A stretch of DNA of 63,475 nucleotides, counting the filler, from Reticulomyxa filosa (lineage: Eukaryota; Protista; Foraminifera), in NCBI GenBank assembly GCA_000512085.1. It is 11 parts of 11 records of this genome, joined end to end, with 100 filler letters (N's around TTAATTAATTAA, not from the genome) between each part and the next. Parts side by side here need not be neighbours in the genome. Positions count along the whole stretch, not along the records: positions 34,494 to 50,823 come from ASPP01008307.1; positions 50,924 to 53,255 come from ASPP01010246.1; 9 more parts are not named here. One strand, given 5' to 3'. Position 1 is the stretch's first letter; every line of letters begins with the position of its first letter. The position numbers and the translations under genes are program-made. The notes beneath the pieces are model-generated. The model did not search any database. It was not told the origin of the DNA and worked only from the letters and a program-made list of their open reading frames with translations. Shown piece after piece: positions 37,501 through 50,955 of this stretch.

Positions 37501-39165
37501 TATATATGTATGTATACATATATGTATATGCATGTGTGTAACGGCAGCATTTGAAAGAGAAATTTGAAAAATATCGTAACCAATTAATCCAGTCGACGCA
37601 CAAGTTTGTGACGGATAGCAAAGCGCTGACCAATGCGGCGCTTCCTCGCGCGTCATTTGCAATCGCACGACGCTTTTTTGACGTTCAAATCCAGCACTAC
37701 TTTGCATTTGAGCTGTATGCCTATGGGAACACTTTGCAGACTACTGTGCTGAAACTGGGATTACTTGCGAAAATGAAAGAGTATTTGGAGATTTGCGACA
37801 AGTATTTACGGTACAAAGATTTACGAATGTTGACATGTGCTTGGGCCAATCTTTACGGACAACGCATGCAATCAGTGCTGATTGGTCCGTTCCTTCGAAC
37901 GTTTGAAATCGCACACAACACTGCAATTGTGCAAGATTTTGAAGAGTCGTTCAATTTATTTCAAAACTTTAACGAAGATGACTTTGACAAACCCGTTTGG
38001 CCAGTGACGCAAAAGGAGCATCCCTTGTTTGGATATCACGAAGTCATCAAAATGATGAAAATGCCTACTGCCGAGCTGATCCAATTGCATGTGTTGATTA
38101 TGGCGGAGAGAGCGGAAGAGGAAGAAAAATCAGAATTGGAAAAAGAAAAAAAAGAAGAGCTGGAAATGAAAGAACAAACGAAAGGTCGAAAGTATCCAAA
38201 TAAGCAAGAATTGATGGAATTGTATCCATTGTCGTACATGGCTGAAAAAGGTGAACAAGATAAAGAACGCTTGAAAAAAATTCACGATCATCCTTCACTC
38301 CATGTTTTAGCCCATCGAAAGGACGAAGAAGCGCAAGCTTATGTGGAAAATTTCATGCAATTTCGAGATAAACAACAACCTCTGGTCTTTATTTTCACTT
38401 GTTTATTATATATATATATGTGTATATAATTACATATATTTATATTGATTTTTTTTAACATTGTGTCACAGCTGTCCGATCTTTGCAACTTAAATGGCCA
38501 CTTGAGGGTAATTGTTCATGCCGCCAAAAATATACCAGCCGTTATTAATCCTGGCAGTGTGTGTGATCCATGTTAGGATGAGCTAAAACTCACAAACAAA
38601 ACCAATTTTTTTTATTTGATTTGACTTACTTGTTTTGGTTGTGCTTGTCAAAATCCAAAGTTGCGGTTGTAACGGTCAATGATATTACCAAATCAACACG
38701 CGTCGTTCGACAAAGTGCCGACCCTTCTTGGCAGCAAGTTTTAGATTTTGACTTGACTGAAACTTTACCAACCATCAAAAGCAGGTTTGTCTTCGGTTTT
38801 TATTGCTTTTTGCTTATGTTTACGCTTATTTCCCTTTCGTTTCCTTCTTCATTCTCCAATTGACGCTTTTTTCATTGTGAGAATGAAAGTGCGACATGTT
38901 ATTTTTGTGATCATAATGAACAGGCAATTTTCAATTAAAATTCGAAATATTCGATTGGACACCTGAGAATTTGCCAGAGAATGAGGCAGTTGGATATCAC
39001 CAATTGAAAATAAAGACAAACCAAAAAAACATATCCTATGAATTAGTGCAACTGTATCAAGATCAAAAAAATCGACTTTTTGCTGCTAAACGTGGACAGT
39101 TGTTGATTAGCGTCCTTCTAGATGATTTATGGCTGGCTGTGAATGAATTGGTTTTAACTGAGTAA
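34540..39165 (+). CDS. Munc13-like (MUN/DUF810, PATROL1-type) protein with C-terminal C2 domain, copy A, 5' truncated
   Basis: SWMEKSLHRCRDFISRAAEKERW, VLIGPFLRTF...IVQDFEESFNLF and LHVLAHRKDEEAQAYV resemble PATROL1 LLAGGPSRAF...IEEDF and LRVLCYRNDEAA. C2 motifs LRVIVHAAKNIP...CDP, STRVVRQSADPSW and FEIFDW. Confidence 0.72.
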
Positions 39166-39604
39166 CTTGGTTACATAAAACGCAAATTGGTTGATAAAAA
39201 AATCACGAATGTGATTTGTATGAAATAAACTCAATTTGTTTTGTTTTGTTTTTCTGTGAAGGGAGGGATGTAAAAATATATAATTTGAAGTGTCTTGGTT
39301 GTCGACTTTTCATTTTATTTGCTTGTTTTTGGAGCCACTCGCAAAACTACTGGGCGCAAAAGCAAACAAATCTTTTAGTGCACCAATTTCTCTACTACAT
39401 GGCATTTCTTTAATATACGAATCCAAAGGAAATTGTTAAAGTCACAAAATAGCAAAAAAAGGTTATATCTCAAAAGTGTCAAATTGGAAAAACGATAGCC
39501 ATCCCGTAAACAATACACCGAAAAAGAAAAGAAATAGTGATCAACTAATTCTTCATCCAAATAGGAACAAAGCAGAAAATCAATATCCACAAAAAAAAAA
39601 TTGG

Positions 39605-40402
39605 TCATGTCTCGGCAGTATTTTCTTCCATTTCAGGTAGGTGTACCTGCCCAGAGGGATTGGAAGCACTGTTTTGGAAATGTCCAGATGAGTCTGCATT
39701 ATAGTTGCCACCGTTAGGAGTAGTAATTTTTATGTGATAAATCCTCGATGGGGAATGTTTGTACTCTTCACTGTCTTCACGGAGTGATACTTGGACTGAA
39801 TGCTCTTCGTCATTGGAGTGATTGAATCGAAGATTTTTCTGTTTCTTTTTAATAAGACTTTGCTGACTATTAGTTGCATCACCTTCAGTATCATTCTGAT
39901 CACTTTTTTCCAGAGTAGGGGTATACGTTGTATCAGACGTATTTACTGCTTCAAAGGAGCTGATATCAATATCTTTGCTAGATCGATTCTCTTTCATCTC
40001 TTTATACATTGTTGTGTTTTGTATTATTTTCTAGTGTCCTTACTGGTATTGTCTTTATAAATGTCACACAAAACTTGTTTTTTTAGGAATAACTTTCTCT
40101 GAAACTTCTTTAGATCGCGTCTTTGATTCCTTTTTTTTGTTTGTTTTAGGGAGCCCGGTTGTCATTTGGATTCTTTCTTCGTCTTCTTCTTCTGTAGCAG
40201 TTTGTGATTTCCGTATTTGTCTCCATCGATATACCAGTAAGCCGACCAATGCGATTATTATCAACCCAGAACAGCCCAATAATCTGAGACCATTTGTGTT
40301 TCCGTGTGTTGCTTGTATTATGTATTGTGGATAACTCGATATTGTTTGCTCCTTGTTCGTTTCACTTAACATAATCAACACTATAATTGACGCACTTACC
40401 AT
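39605..40402 (-). CDS. Hypothetical membrane protein with charged low-complexity tail
   Basis: ORFs 40064-40402 (TM LLGCSGLIIIALVGLLVYRW) and 39605-40009. No recognisable domain. Confidence 0.35.
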
Positions 40403-40601
40403 CTTTCTTGAAAGAAAAACCCTTTCTGCTTCTTTCGACGTTTGCTACCCTCAAAAAACAATATCTACTTAAAGATACTACTGCCAATACAAATAGAAAA
40501 AGGTGCAAAAATTTAGTCTGTGATCTGAGAAAAAGGAAAAAGGCTTTTCAAAATAAAACCCAACCTGACCGTAAAATAAAGAAAAGCAAAATTTATTGAC
40601 C

Positions 40602-41268
40602 ATGATCCGCTCATTTTGTAGATATCATCCTGCTCTATCACCACAACATATGAACATGATAGCAGCAAGAACTTTGCCTCAATTTTCTAGTAGAGTTGGC
40701 TGGCAAAAGTTTTCGACTCAAATGGGACAAGTGACAACAGAAACAAACACAGTTCAAACCAACATTCCAAAATTTTCTGTTCAAAAAATTCAAGAAATGC
40801 TTGAAGATCCAGCAAAATATGACCCTGAGTTCCTTAGACCTTATTTCCGCCGATTGCCACGAGAAGGGCTTGGTAAACATCAAATTTATTTTTCTTTTCT
40901 TTTTTTTTTGAGACAAAACAAAAATTTATGGCAAATAATTTTGAAAAGACATGTACTCTTGTATAATGTTGAACACTAATGCATATGCAAACATATGCTT
41001 TGTGTGTTTATGTATGTGGAACGGTATGATTTTAGAAATCCATGTCTCGGCGTTGATATATTATGGGGCAACTGCTGTAACAATTATGATTTTGGGAAGC
41101 ATTGCTGTGCTACAGGCCAAAAATTACAAATATCTAACAAATAAACGTGAATATAAAGAAACGAAACAAAATTATGAAAATTGGAAAATTCAGGACACTT
41201 CATCTGACTCCTCACCCCCGTCTTCGTCCTCACCTTCATCTACACCTCCGTCGAATGCCAAACATTGA
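40602..41268 (+). CDS. Hypothetical small single-TM protein with mitochondrial-type presequence
   Basis: MIRSFCRYHPALS...RVGWQKFST is Arg/Ser-rich with no acidic residues. Intron ~40873-41035. TM LIYYGATAVTIMILGSIAVL. Confidence 0.45.
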
Positions 41269-41853
41269 TTTTTTATTTTTATTAATTGTTCTCAAAAGAA
41301 ACATTGGAAGGAGGATGAAAAGAGTACTTTTTTCCTTTTGGAAAGAATTTTTTTTATTTTATTTTGACATCAGTTTCAAACAGTTTCAAACATACCATCT
41401 AACCAATTCGCTAATATACTATTCAATTCTCTTGTAATTACTCTTTAATATTAATATTTTTTCAATTTGTGATTGCGCTTTGATAATCTCGAACCATGCA
41501 ACTCTGCTTCCTTATACGTTGTCATTATCATTTTTCATTCCTTCTACTACAAATTTTTTATTTACCTTTTTCTCAACTATAATTAAATTTAACACCTTTT
41601 CCAAGTGAACAACTGGAATAAATTTTAAATGTATTATTGTTCACATCTTCCTAATTTGCATTTAAACAAAAAAAAAGTACTCACTCTTGGGAAAAATAAA
41701 TATAAATAGTTTTCTACAATGACGTCGGTCTTTAGTTATTAAAAATTTTTTTTGAGAATTCTCAATATAAAACGTCAAGAAATAAATTATGAACTAACTT
41801 TATAAAAACTCTTGTAGCAATTAGAAAATTGATCGCACAGAAAGAAAAAGGCA

Positions 41854-44784
41854 ATGTCATTTTCCAAGCAGAACACAAAAAGCAATCATATTTTTGAAGG
41901 GCAAGAATTGATTGCATTAGTAAACAGACTTAGGGCATCTGGTTTGTGTATTTGAAAATGTTGTGGAGATATAACTTTATTATCAATCAGCCAACTATTG
42001 AATATGAACTCACAAAAATGACTTTTAGGTGCCCATTTAACTGTTGATTTACCCACAATTGTGCTGTGTGGACAACAAAGTAGCGGTAAATCAAGTGTAA
42101 GTGAAGCAATCAGCGGGGTGGCTTTGCCCAGAAGCAGTGGTACATGCACCCGATGCCCAACAGAAGTGCGGCTAATACACACACAAGACACAAAATGGAA
42201 ATGCACTATCAAAGTTCGATGGGAATGGAATGATCGCAAAAAAACACATTTGCACCAAGTACGAGAAGAAGAAATAGCAACTGTTACTGAACGCGAAGCG
42301 GTCGCTGGAATTGTCGAAAAAGCACAAAGTAAATGCAACATTATCTTTTTTTTTTGATCTTGTTCCTTTCAGAATTGACCACAAACTAAATTTTTTCACT
42401 CACGCAAATAGAGGTCTTATTGGAAAAAGCAGAAGTAAAATTTTCCAGAAATGTGATATGTGTTGAAGTACAAACTTCCGATTGTGTCGATTTAACAGTA
42501 GTTGATTTACCAGGATTAATCCAGGCAGTAGAAAACGAAGAAGACTTTCAATATATCCAATTGACGCAATTTCAGTGGAACATTACATTTCCAAGCCTAA
42601 CACTTTGATTGCTGCTGTTATCAGGCAATGATTTTTTTTCCTTTTTGTTTAAGATTTAAAAAATATGTGGTCATTTAATTTTTATTTTTGCAATATAGTT
42701 GTAATAATGATATGGAAAATCAAGCTGTCAACAGCTTGATTCGACAGCACGACCCCAAGGGGCTACGCACATTGGGAATATTGACAAAAGTAGATACAAT
42801 TGAAACAGATTCAGAGCAAATTTGGATCAACGTACTTAAAGGAAAAAGCTATCCGTTGAAACTGGGTTATGTTGCAGTTCGCAATATAACTCAACATGAG
42901 TTGAAACATGGAAAGTCCTTCAAAGAGACGAGAGCTATAGAAGCTCAATTTTTCGCAAGTCATCCAACATGGAGCAAAGTGCGTTACTCGTAGTGTATTG
43001 TTTTTTTTTTTTGGAAACGGAAAAAGACGGAGTAAGTATACGTTTTTTAAAAAATTGTGTGCATGACTGAAAAAGTTATCCTCTTCTCTTCAAAGTCGTT
43101 TGGGATGCAGTAATTTGGTGGATATCTTGAGTTGCAAATTGTCATCTCTTATCGCTCAGCAATTACCAAGAATGCAATTTCAATTGATGAGCAAATTGAG
43201 TGCACTGAAAACGGAGCTCTGCGAACTACCTGCATCCCCTTCACAAAGGCTCATTCAAAATAGCGACGTAGATATCAAAGAAATTATCATCGATCTGATA
43301 CTCCAGTTCACAGATGCTTGCAAACAATTAGTACGTACAAAAAACGGTACTTTGTGGACGCAAGTGATGCACGAGTATACGCAGTTTTTCCAGGCCTTGG
43401 AAAGATATCAGCCTCAATTCGTTCCTAACGATGAACTCAAAAAAAAAGTACATACGCATATTTATATATACATAATATACTGAACACTCCAAACTTTTTT
43501 AGTGCTTTCAAAAATATATATATATATATACCACATACGTACACACAAATAGAAAAATAAAGAAACAGTGTTCACACTGGAAGATGTAAAAGTGGAGAAT
43601 GAGCAATGTGTTGGTAGAGAGCTAAATTTCTTGGTGTCGGATTATGCTCGAAAAAAGTTTCTGCAACACAGCATGAAGCCGTGGGGGATTGTGGGACAGC
43701 AGTTAGTGTTGGCCGTTTCTAAAACTTTGTCTGCCGTGGTTCAATCTAGTGTTTCTCGGCACTTTGTCCATTTCAAGATGCTTTATAAAGACGCTTCGTT
43801 AATCACTTGTGTTTTTGTTCCTTTTTTTCCCCCAATTTCTTTATTTATTAGATTTTTTCTGGTGCTTATGTAGACAAGCGTGCGAAGCACTCATTACAGA
43901 TTTGCAACAAAAGACGTTACAAGAGGTCATGGAACTATTAGAAAGGGAGAGAGAAATGGATGAATTTACTTTGAGTTCACATCGCCTATTGAATACTTAT
44001 GAAACAGCAAAAAATCAATTTGAGCGGATTTTCCCTACATCATTGGAGGTTACTCTTTTTTTTTTTATGGCTCTAAACTTTTGCAAAAATTTACAAAAAA
44101 ACAACAAGAAAACGGAGAGTGGAAAAGAAATCATTAGAAAGGGAGTAATTGTAATGGCGCAAAGTGTGTCCTATTATGATTTGGCCTATCGACGTTTTGC
44201 TGACAATGTTTCGATGGCAATTAATTCACTTTTGATTAATAAGTTTTCCAAGTCTATTGAGTCCCATATGTTCAAGTTAACCGATATCCCTTTGCTTGTT
44301 GTAAGGTTAGGCTCACAAAACTGGCTCTAAGTTTGATTTTTTAAAAAATAGGTCAGTAAACATTCTAAATGGAAGTAGTACCGATTTGGCAAAGTTATTA
44401 CAAGAAGACCCTCAGGTCATGCAGAAAAGATCGAGACTGGAAATTAGTATCAAAGAGTTGTCAGGATTTGTGGATGAACTGAAGTCAATAATGCCAACAG
44501 ATCTAAATGATTTCGCAGACGAAAATGAAGATGTTGGAACAGTTTCAAATGTGCGTTGACACCCTTTTTTTTTGTTCTCATTAACTGACGGAACAGTATA
44601 CCATTGTTTACTTATTATAACAGATGTCACAAGCAAATTTGACTCCTTTGACAACATTGGACACCAATATTGCTAGTAATCAACCACCTGAACCTCAAAG
44701 CAACTCAAAAAAAAGTGTCGTCAAAAACAAAACGCAGAAAATGGGCCTTATTTTGATGATAAACTGAATGCTCAAAGCGTATAG
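41854..44784 (+). CDS. Mx-like dynamin-superfamily GTPase, multi-exon
   Basis: [17 protein letters not shown]...[16 protein letters not shown] (G1/G2), DLTVVDLPG (G3), [10 protein letters not shown] (G4), LGYVAVRN and GED-like [18 protein letters not shown]...[12 protein letters not shown]. 3' end tentative. Confidence 0.88.
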
Positions 44785-45124
44785 TATTAGATTTTTATTT
44801 ATTTTTATACATTGTTGGAGGTAGAAGGAATGAAGTAATATTAAAAAAATAATTTAACTTTTCCTTAATTAACTGTCCATATGTTCAAGATTAAAAGTTT
44901 TAAGCCTTTATTTTTTGGAGTGTTATAACTTTAATCTATTTTAAATCCTAATGTCTCAATTTAAAGCGAAAATACCGGAAAACGTATCGAAAACTGACTT
45001 ATGTACAAATCTTAAAATAAATTTTTCATTTCGTTTGGTACTTTGACAGTAAAATCATTCAAAAAATCTTTCGTCAACCCAAAGGGGAAACGTGCCTAAA
45101 GAAAAAAAGTGGTTATATCATATC

Positions 45125-45595
45125 ATGTCTAGTAAAATCACCCCTGTGTATGGCCCGACCAATCCTTCTCCAGAAAAATTTGCCAAAATGAAGATCAAAA
45201 GGTAACATCCTGAGCAACAACGTGTTGTGAGTAGAAAAAATTAACAGACGAACAAACACAGGTATGGTTCGATCATTGGTCTTAAACCAGAAAAAGAACA
45301 ATATTATCGACAACTGCACTCCTCAACTTGGCCAAAAGTATTGGAAAGACTCAAGAAATCCAACATCCAAAATTACTCCATTTACATAGGTGAATTGGAA
45401 GGAAAAAAATACTTGTTCAGTTATTTTGAGTACACTGGAGATAACTTTGAGAAAGACATGCAATTGATTGCTGCAGACCCAGAGACGCAGAGATGGTGGA
45501 AAGAAACCGATCCCTGTCAAAGACAGCTCCCAAATCGAAAAGAAGGACAAAATTGGTCCGATTTAGAACTGGTGTTTTTAATGGCCAAAATGTGA
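45125..45595 (+). CDS. rhaM: L-rhamnose mutarotase (RhaM/DUF718 family) with PTS1-like AKM end
   Basis: R|YGSIIGLKPE..YYRQLH..WPKV...NIQNYSIY...LFSYFEY.G..F..DM..IAADPETQRWW..TDPCQ...W..LELVF. Intron 45202-45261. Confidence 0.88.
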
Positions 45596-46095
45596 TGTAG
45601 TTTGTAAAAAAATGATATTCGGCAAATAACACATTTTCAAAAGTGACAGCCTTTTTTAAATTTGCTTGTTCCCGCTCATTCAACAAAGAAAAAAAAGAAG
45701 ATAAAACTACATGTTATTACGTGATAAATTTTTTTTTGGCAACAGTATTTTAAAGCATACAAAAGCCAATAAAACATACATTACTTAATCAAAATTTAAA
45801 AAAATATCTATTTTCCAGATTTTTTAAGGGTCTGCTTTTTATTTTAAAAATTATATCGCAGCATAAGCTCTTTCTTTGAGAAGCACCAATTTCAGTGTAC
45901 GGTATCAACAAATTACTTTGAAACGTTGATCAAAAAATACGAAGGCACAAAAATGCGGAACAAATGAAAACTAAAAAAAAGATTCATCAATTCACACGAC
46001 AGACTCAACTCCAAAAACAAGGTTCACATCACACACCAGAAAAAAAAACGAGCAAATACCACAATTAAATTTTGTGGTTTTTTCACTTTTGTTGG

Positions 46096-49000
46096 TCACA
46101 TTCCAAATCCACTCTTTTTACTTCTAGCACCATGACTTGTGCGGCTGCCTGATACTGGTGTTGATAGAGCATGTTGAGCAGAATTGAATTCGTCCAAAGC
46201 AGTCCAAATGTTAGTAACTCAATAGAGACCCACAATTCTCCTTTCTTTTTGAGGGAAAAATTTGTTTTGATCGTCGAACAATTGAAGACATTTTTGCAAC
46301 ATGTTGGCTTGTTTTAAGTCAATTCTCAATTTATGATGTGCAATCACATCATTATGTGGTAGAGGACTCCAATCTAATACCTCGAACAATATGAAGAAGT
46401 GACCTGTTCAACATATTAATATCAATTGAAAAGTGTATTGGTTTTGTGGATACAATATATAGACATTCATGCCATCTCAAATGGCAGTTTTTCAGCCCCT
46501 TTCTTCATCTTCTCTCTCTCTCCTCAAAAAACAAAAACAAACCAGTTTTGTGGATTGTGGACATGAATTCACTAAGATCAATATCAAACATCTGTTGCCA
46601 TATAGGGTTGGAAGTCCGTCTTGTCGCTCTAGTGGCCTGGGTCTTATTAAAGACAGTGATTTGAGTATCTATGAATGTATTCGGCAGGACAATACAAAGA
46701 TAATGTATACGTTTTCGGACAAGAGAAAAAGAAATTTGTATGACTCGTTTTTTTGCATTGTGAGATAAAGTATGTTCATACAAGGATCGCACGTGCTGTT
46801 CATATTCACAGGAGGTATTTTTCTGCCAGAATGGACAATTATTCGGAGACTACCGTGTAAATTGAAGAAATCGGATAGCTATATATCATCAAATGAAAAG
46901 TGTTTGTGTTTTTTTTTCCAATGTGTGCCAATATACATATATATATATATATATGTATATGACCAACAACAATAAACAAGATTGTCAGCACATCAAACAA
47001 AAGAGAAAAGCATTAGGTTTTAAGAACGAAACAACAGGTTGGTGCTTGTCCCGAAATTGCACGAAATTATCGACATAAGTGTGTGCTTCTTCGTCATTGC
47101 GATGAGCCAACACATAGAGAGTAGGGTGATCATGAATTCGTTTCAAACGGTTTTTATCACGTTGTCCCCTTTCCGTCAAATAAGATAACGGATACAGCTG
47201 CATCAACTCTTGTTTTTTCACCGTTTTCCGACTATCCAATTGTTGTTGTTCCTGTTTGTGCTCATATTCCAACTCCAACTTTTCTTCTTCCTCGGATCGC
47301 TCCGTCATCGCCAGCACGTGCGACTGGAACAACTCCATGGTGCTTGTTTTCATTAATTCCACCGCCTTGTAATAATCATGGAATGGATGGTCCTTTTTCG
47401 GACACAGGCCAAAGTGTTTTGTCAAAGTCGTCCTCGTCAAAGTTTTGAAAGACTCCAAACACATGTTCGTAGTCTTGCTCGATCACCTTGGCATCTTTCA
47501 AGTCGAATTTCCGTGGGTTCGGTCCCATCAATACCTCCATCATACGCTGTCCGTAAATGCTGGCCGAACAGCACACCAACATGCGCATATCTTTGTAGCG
47601 CAAATGCTCTTCGCAAATCTCAAAAAAGTCGTTGAGTTTCTGTGACAGTCCCAGATTGACCACGGACAGCTCAGACATGGTTTTAGGCGAATACAATTCA
47701 AACTCATGCACCTCCGATTCCTTTTGAGGCAAATACAATTCAAACTCAAAAAAGTGCTGGTTTTGAACGTCGAGGAAACGAGTGGCCAAACAAACCGCGG
47801 CCCCCACAACACTCGTCTTGGTCAACTCTTTGCAATCCACCACAAATTTGTATGCTGCACGAACTAATTCACGACGGGAAGACGCAAATACTTCTTTCAA
47901 GTGCTAACATACATAATTATATATTACATATATATGTATACGTAAGTCGATTTGTTATGCAAAAAAAAAAAACAACAACATGTTATGTTTGTGAATACAA
48001 ACCGCTTGTGGGGGCTCTTCCAAAGCTTCAATGTATCCAACCAATCGCGGACCCAAATCTAAAATAATGTCTTGAACGTGGGAAATGCTCGAGTACTTCA
48101 CACACATGTGAAGTAATTCTTTTTTGAATTGCAATTCATCCAGCAAGGGCCTGATACAACAACAATGACAACAAGCATTCAAAAGGTGAATTAACAAATG
48201 TTATATTGATCTCTCTCTCTCTCTGTTTGTAGTTCAGATATCAACATATCGATCAAGTATAGTAATACAAATAAAGTAAGACACTTAACACGGTGGATAT
48301 GTCGTTGATTAGCGATTCCATGTTTTGTGTTAGATTAGGGATGGCTTGGTCGTCGTCTTCGTTGCTAGGTTTGTCCCTGAGAAAGTTGAGGGCGTCCTGC
48401 AATGTTTCCGCGTTTTGAACCACACGAGGCGAAAAGCGTCCTGTCTTCACATTGTTTCCGAGCTCTTCAATAGCCCTGCTGAAGTCATATACCATGCGAT
48501 CGACAAAAAGCTTTCGAACATTTTTGCCAACGCTAATTTGTTCCATACCAAGGATTGAATTGGACCCGGCGGGGTCTAATGTTTTTTTCTCTTCCGAAAT
48601 TTCGTTATCAAATACCTTTTTTTTTTTTTTTTTGTTATCATTTATATTGTAACGTATACGTATAAAGTTGTGTAAGCTGTATTATGGGAAAAAAAAAAAA
48701 ACGCAACTGTAATGTCATTAAAAGCATTACGAATAATCCTCAAGACGTAATCAATAACAAAGTATAAGCGATGGAAGAATTGTGTGGACGTGGTCATGAC
48801 TTCGGAAGGGAAGGTTTTGAGATTAACAAAGTAAGCATTGATTTCATTGTCAATGACAAGGAATGAATCCACAACGAAATCCGCCCAAGTCATGCGATTT
48901 TCTCTCCACTCCCATCCTTTTTCCTCTTTTTCTTCTTCGTTCAAAAACTCGTCCCCTGCTTTCAGGTCATTGTCCGGTTCGTTGAGGCTGATATCTTCTT

Positions 49001-50790
49001 CTTCTTCTTCTTCTGTTGCTGTTGCTACTGATGTCACATCAGTTTCTGTTTCTCTGTTTTCATCCACAGTTCTGCTTTCGGTGGCGCGTCGCTCATCCAA
49101 GTCGTTATCTTTTGCTTCTCGTTGTTCCGCATTTTCGTGCTTACTGGTCCTGCGCTTCTCCTTGTCGCTGTCGTTATTGCCCGGTGGACTTTGATCCTTT
49201 TTTTTATCCACTTTGTTCTTTGGTGGCTTTTTATCCAACGCGTGATGCTTGAACTCAGTTGACGCTAAATTGCATAGCCACTTCTCCGCCTCTGCGGCTC
49301 TGGCAATAAAGTCCCGACAACGATACAACGACTTTTCCATCCAGTTTTGCAAGCGCATGTTCAGCTCCTTTTTCACAAAGTTGAACATTTGATCGACTCT
49401 CTGGTAATCCGCAAACTCGCCGATTTCCCGCAGCCTGGACGCAAACGCACTGTCACTAAACGTCTCCGCCAAACTGTTGCGTCGCATCCGATTGCTTTTC
49501 AGCGTCGGATTGTTTTGCAGTTTTCTTTTTCCAACGTCGCATACTTGGTGCACAAGGACTGCAACAACAACTGCAAACGTGAGGCCGCTGACAACACGAC
49601 ACGATACTGAATGTCCAAGCTTGTTTGGTCTGCAGAGAGCAAATTGATCGTATCAGTTACATACTCCAATGCCAATGTTTCAAGACCAATCTATTTATAC
49701 ATATACATATATGTATATGCATATTATATTGATATGATTTAATATTAATTGTCAAAACGAAAAAACATACCTCTGGAATGACTTCAAAAATACCGTATCT
49801 CCACAAGGCAATACTGACTTCGGACTCGTCTATGAAAAGCATTTCAATTTCCTCAATGTATTCCTGCCATTCGTCTCTCTTCGACACGCCTTTCATCCTC
49901 GCAGCTTTACTCAGCTTTGCGACCACGCGTGTGGCGTGCACTTTGTTTGGCAGTTCCAACGCCAAGTCTTTGAGAATCGAGGTGGCATTGTAGTGTTGCT
50001 TGATCTTCGTATACTATTGTAAGCAAGTGTGGAAATGACACTTTTACATTATATGTGAAAGGAGTTTACATTCTCAGAAAGCAACTCAACTGCTACTAAA
50101 ATCGACTGTTTGATATGCTCCAATAAAAACTTGGCAAAATCGGAATTGCTGCTGGGAGGTTTTCTCGCAATCGAATTGTGCGACGTCGACATTTCAACGA
50201 ACAGCGTCATGACTTCGATTACCACGTTCGCACGCACACTGTCGTGTGTATATTTTAGCCACGACTCAATTGTTTGATGAATGAGTTCAAACGAATTTTG
50301 GCAAAGCGTTGCATTTAGTTCATCTAATTCCAGCTTTCCGCCACACCACTGCTGAACTTGCCACGACAAGTGTTTCATGTTCGTCAGCATATCTGGAAAG
50401 AACAGGCATAAAGCCCTAATTTTTTTAATTTTTTTTTTAATGTTTTTGAACGTCACACATACATACACATAACATAATTATTCAATATGCATACATGTAT
50501 ATGTATATGTATATGTACATATCTTTTGACAACTAAAGAAAAAAAAAAAAAAAAAAAAAAAAGGGGGCTCAAAACGGTAAGTAGTCCAAATTCGTTTTTT
50601 GGATGTGAAACAAGTCATCAACGATCCACATCGGATTTCTCTCATTTGTGTTGTCACGTTTTTGCACGCCACTAGCACAAGCTCGCAGTAATCCAGCAAG
50701 CAAGGCCCTGAACATCACAAAAAAATTTGTAAAGTGAGAAAGCTGCAATCATTCTAGTGTGGTAATTATTTGTTATTTCCATCTGAAAAA
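46096..50790 (-). CDS. Munc13-like (PATROL1-type) + C2 protein, copy B, 5' truncated
   Basis: Colinear paralogue of 34540-39165: CLFFPDMLTNMKH, SKAARMK, DSFLVIDNEINAYFVNLK, RYKDMRML, MGPNPRKF, YVLAHRNDEEA and C2 LRIIVHSG...TCDP. Confidence 0.75.
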
Positions 50791-50923
50791 AAAAAAAAAA
50801 AAACAAAACAAAAAAAAAAACGTNNNNNNNNNNNNNNNNNNNNNNNNNNNNNNNNNNNNNNNNNNNNTTAATTAATTAANNNNNNNNNNNNNNNNNNNNN
50901 NNNNNNNNNNNNNNNNNNNNNNN

Positions 50924-50955
<32 letters not shown>

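Noticed and set aside
21428-44784. An immunity island made of the RNF213-like, U-box, TPR, WD40 and Mx genes
   Set aside because: These genes lie on different contigs separated by artificial spacers, so physical linkage is unsupported.
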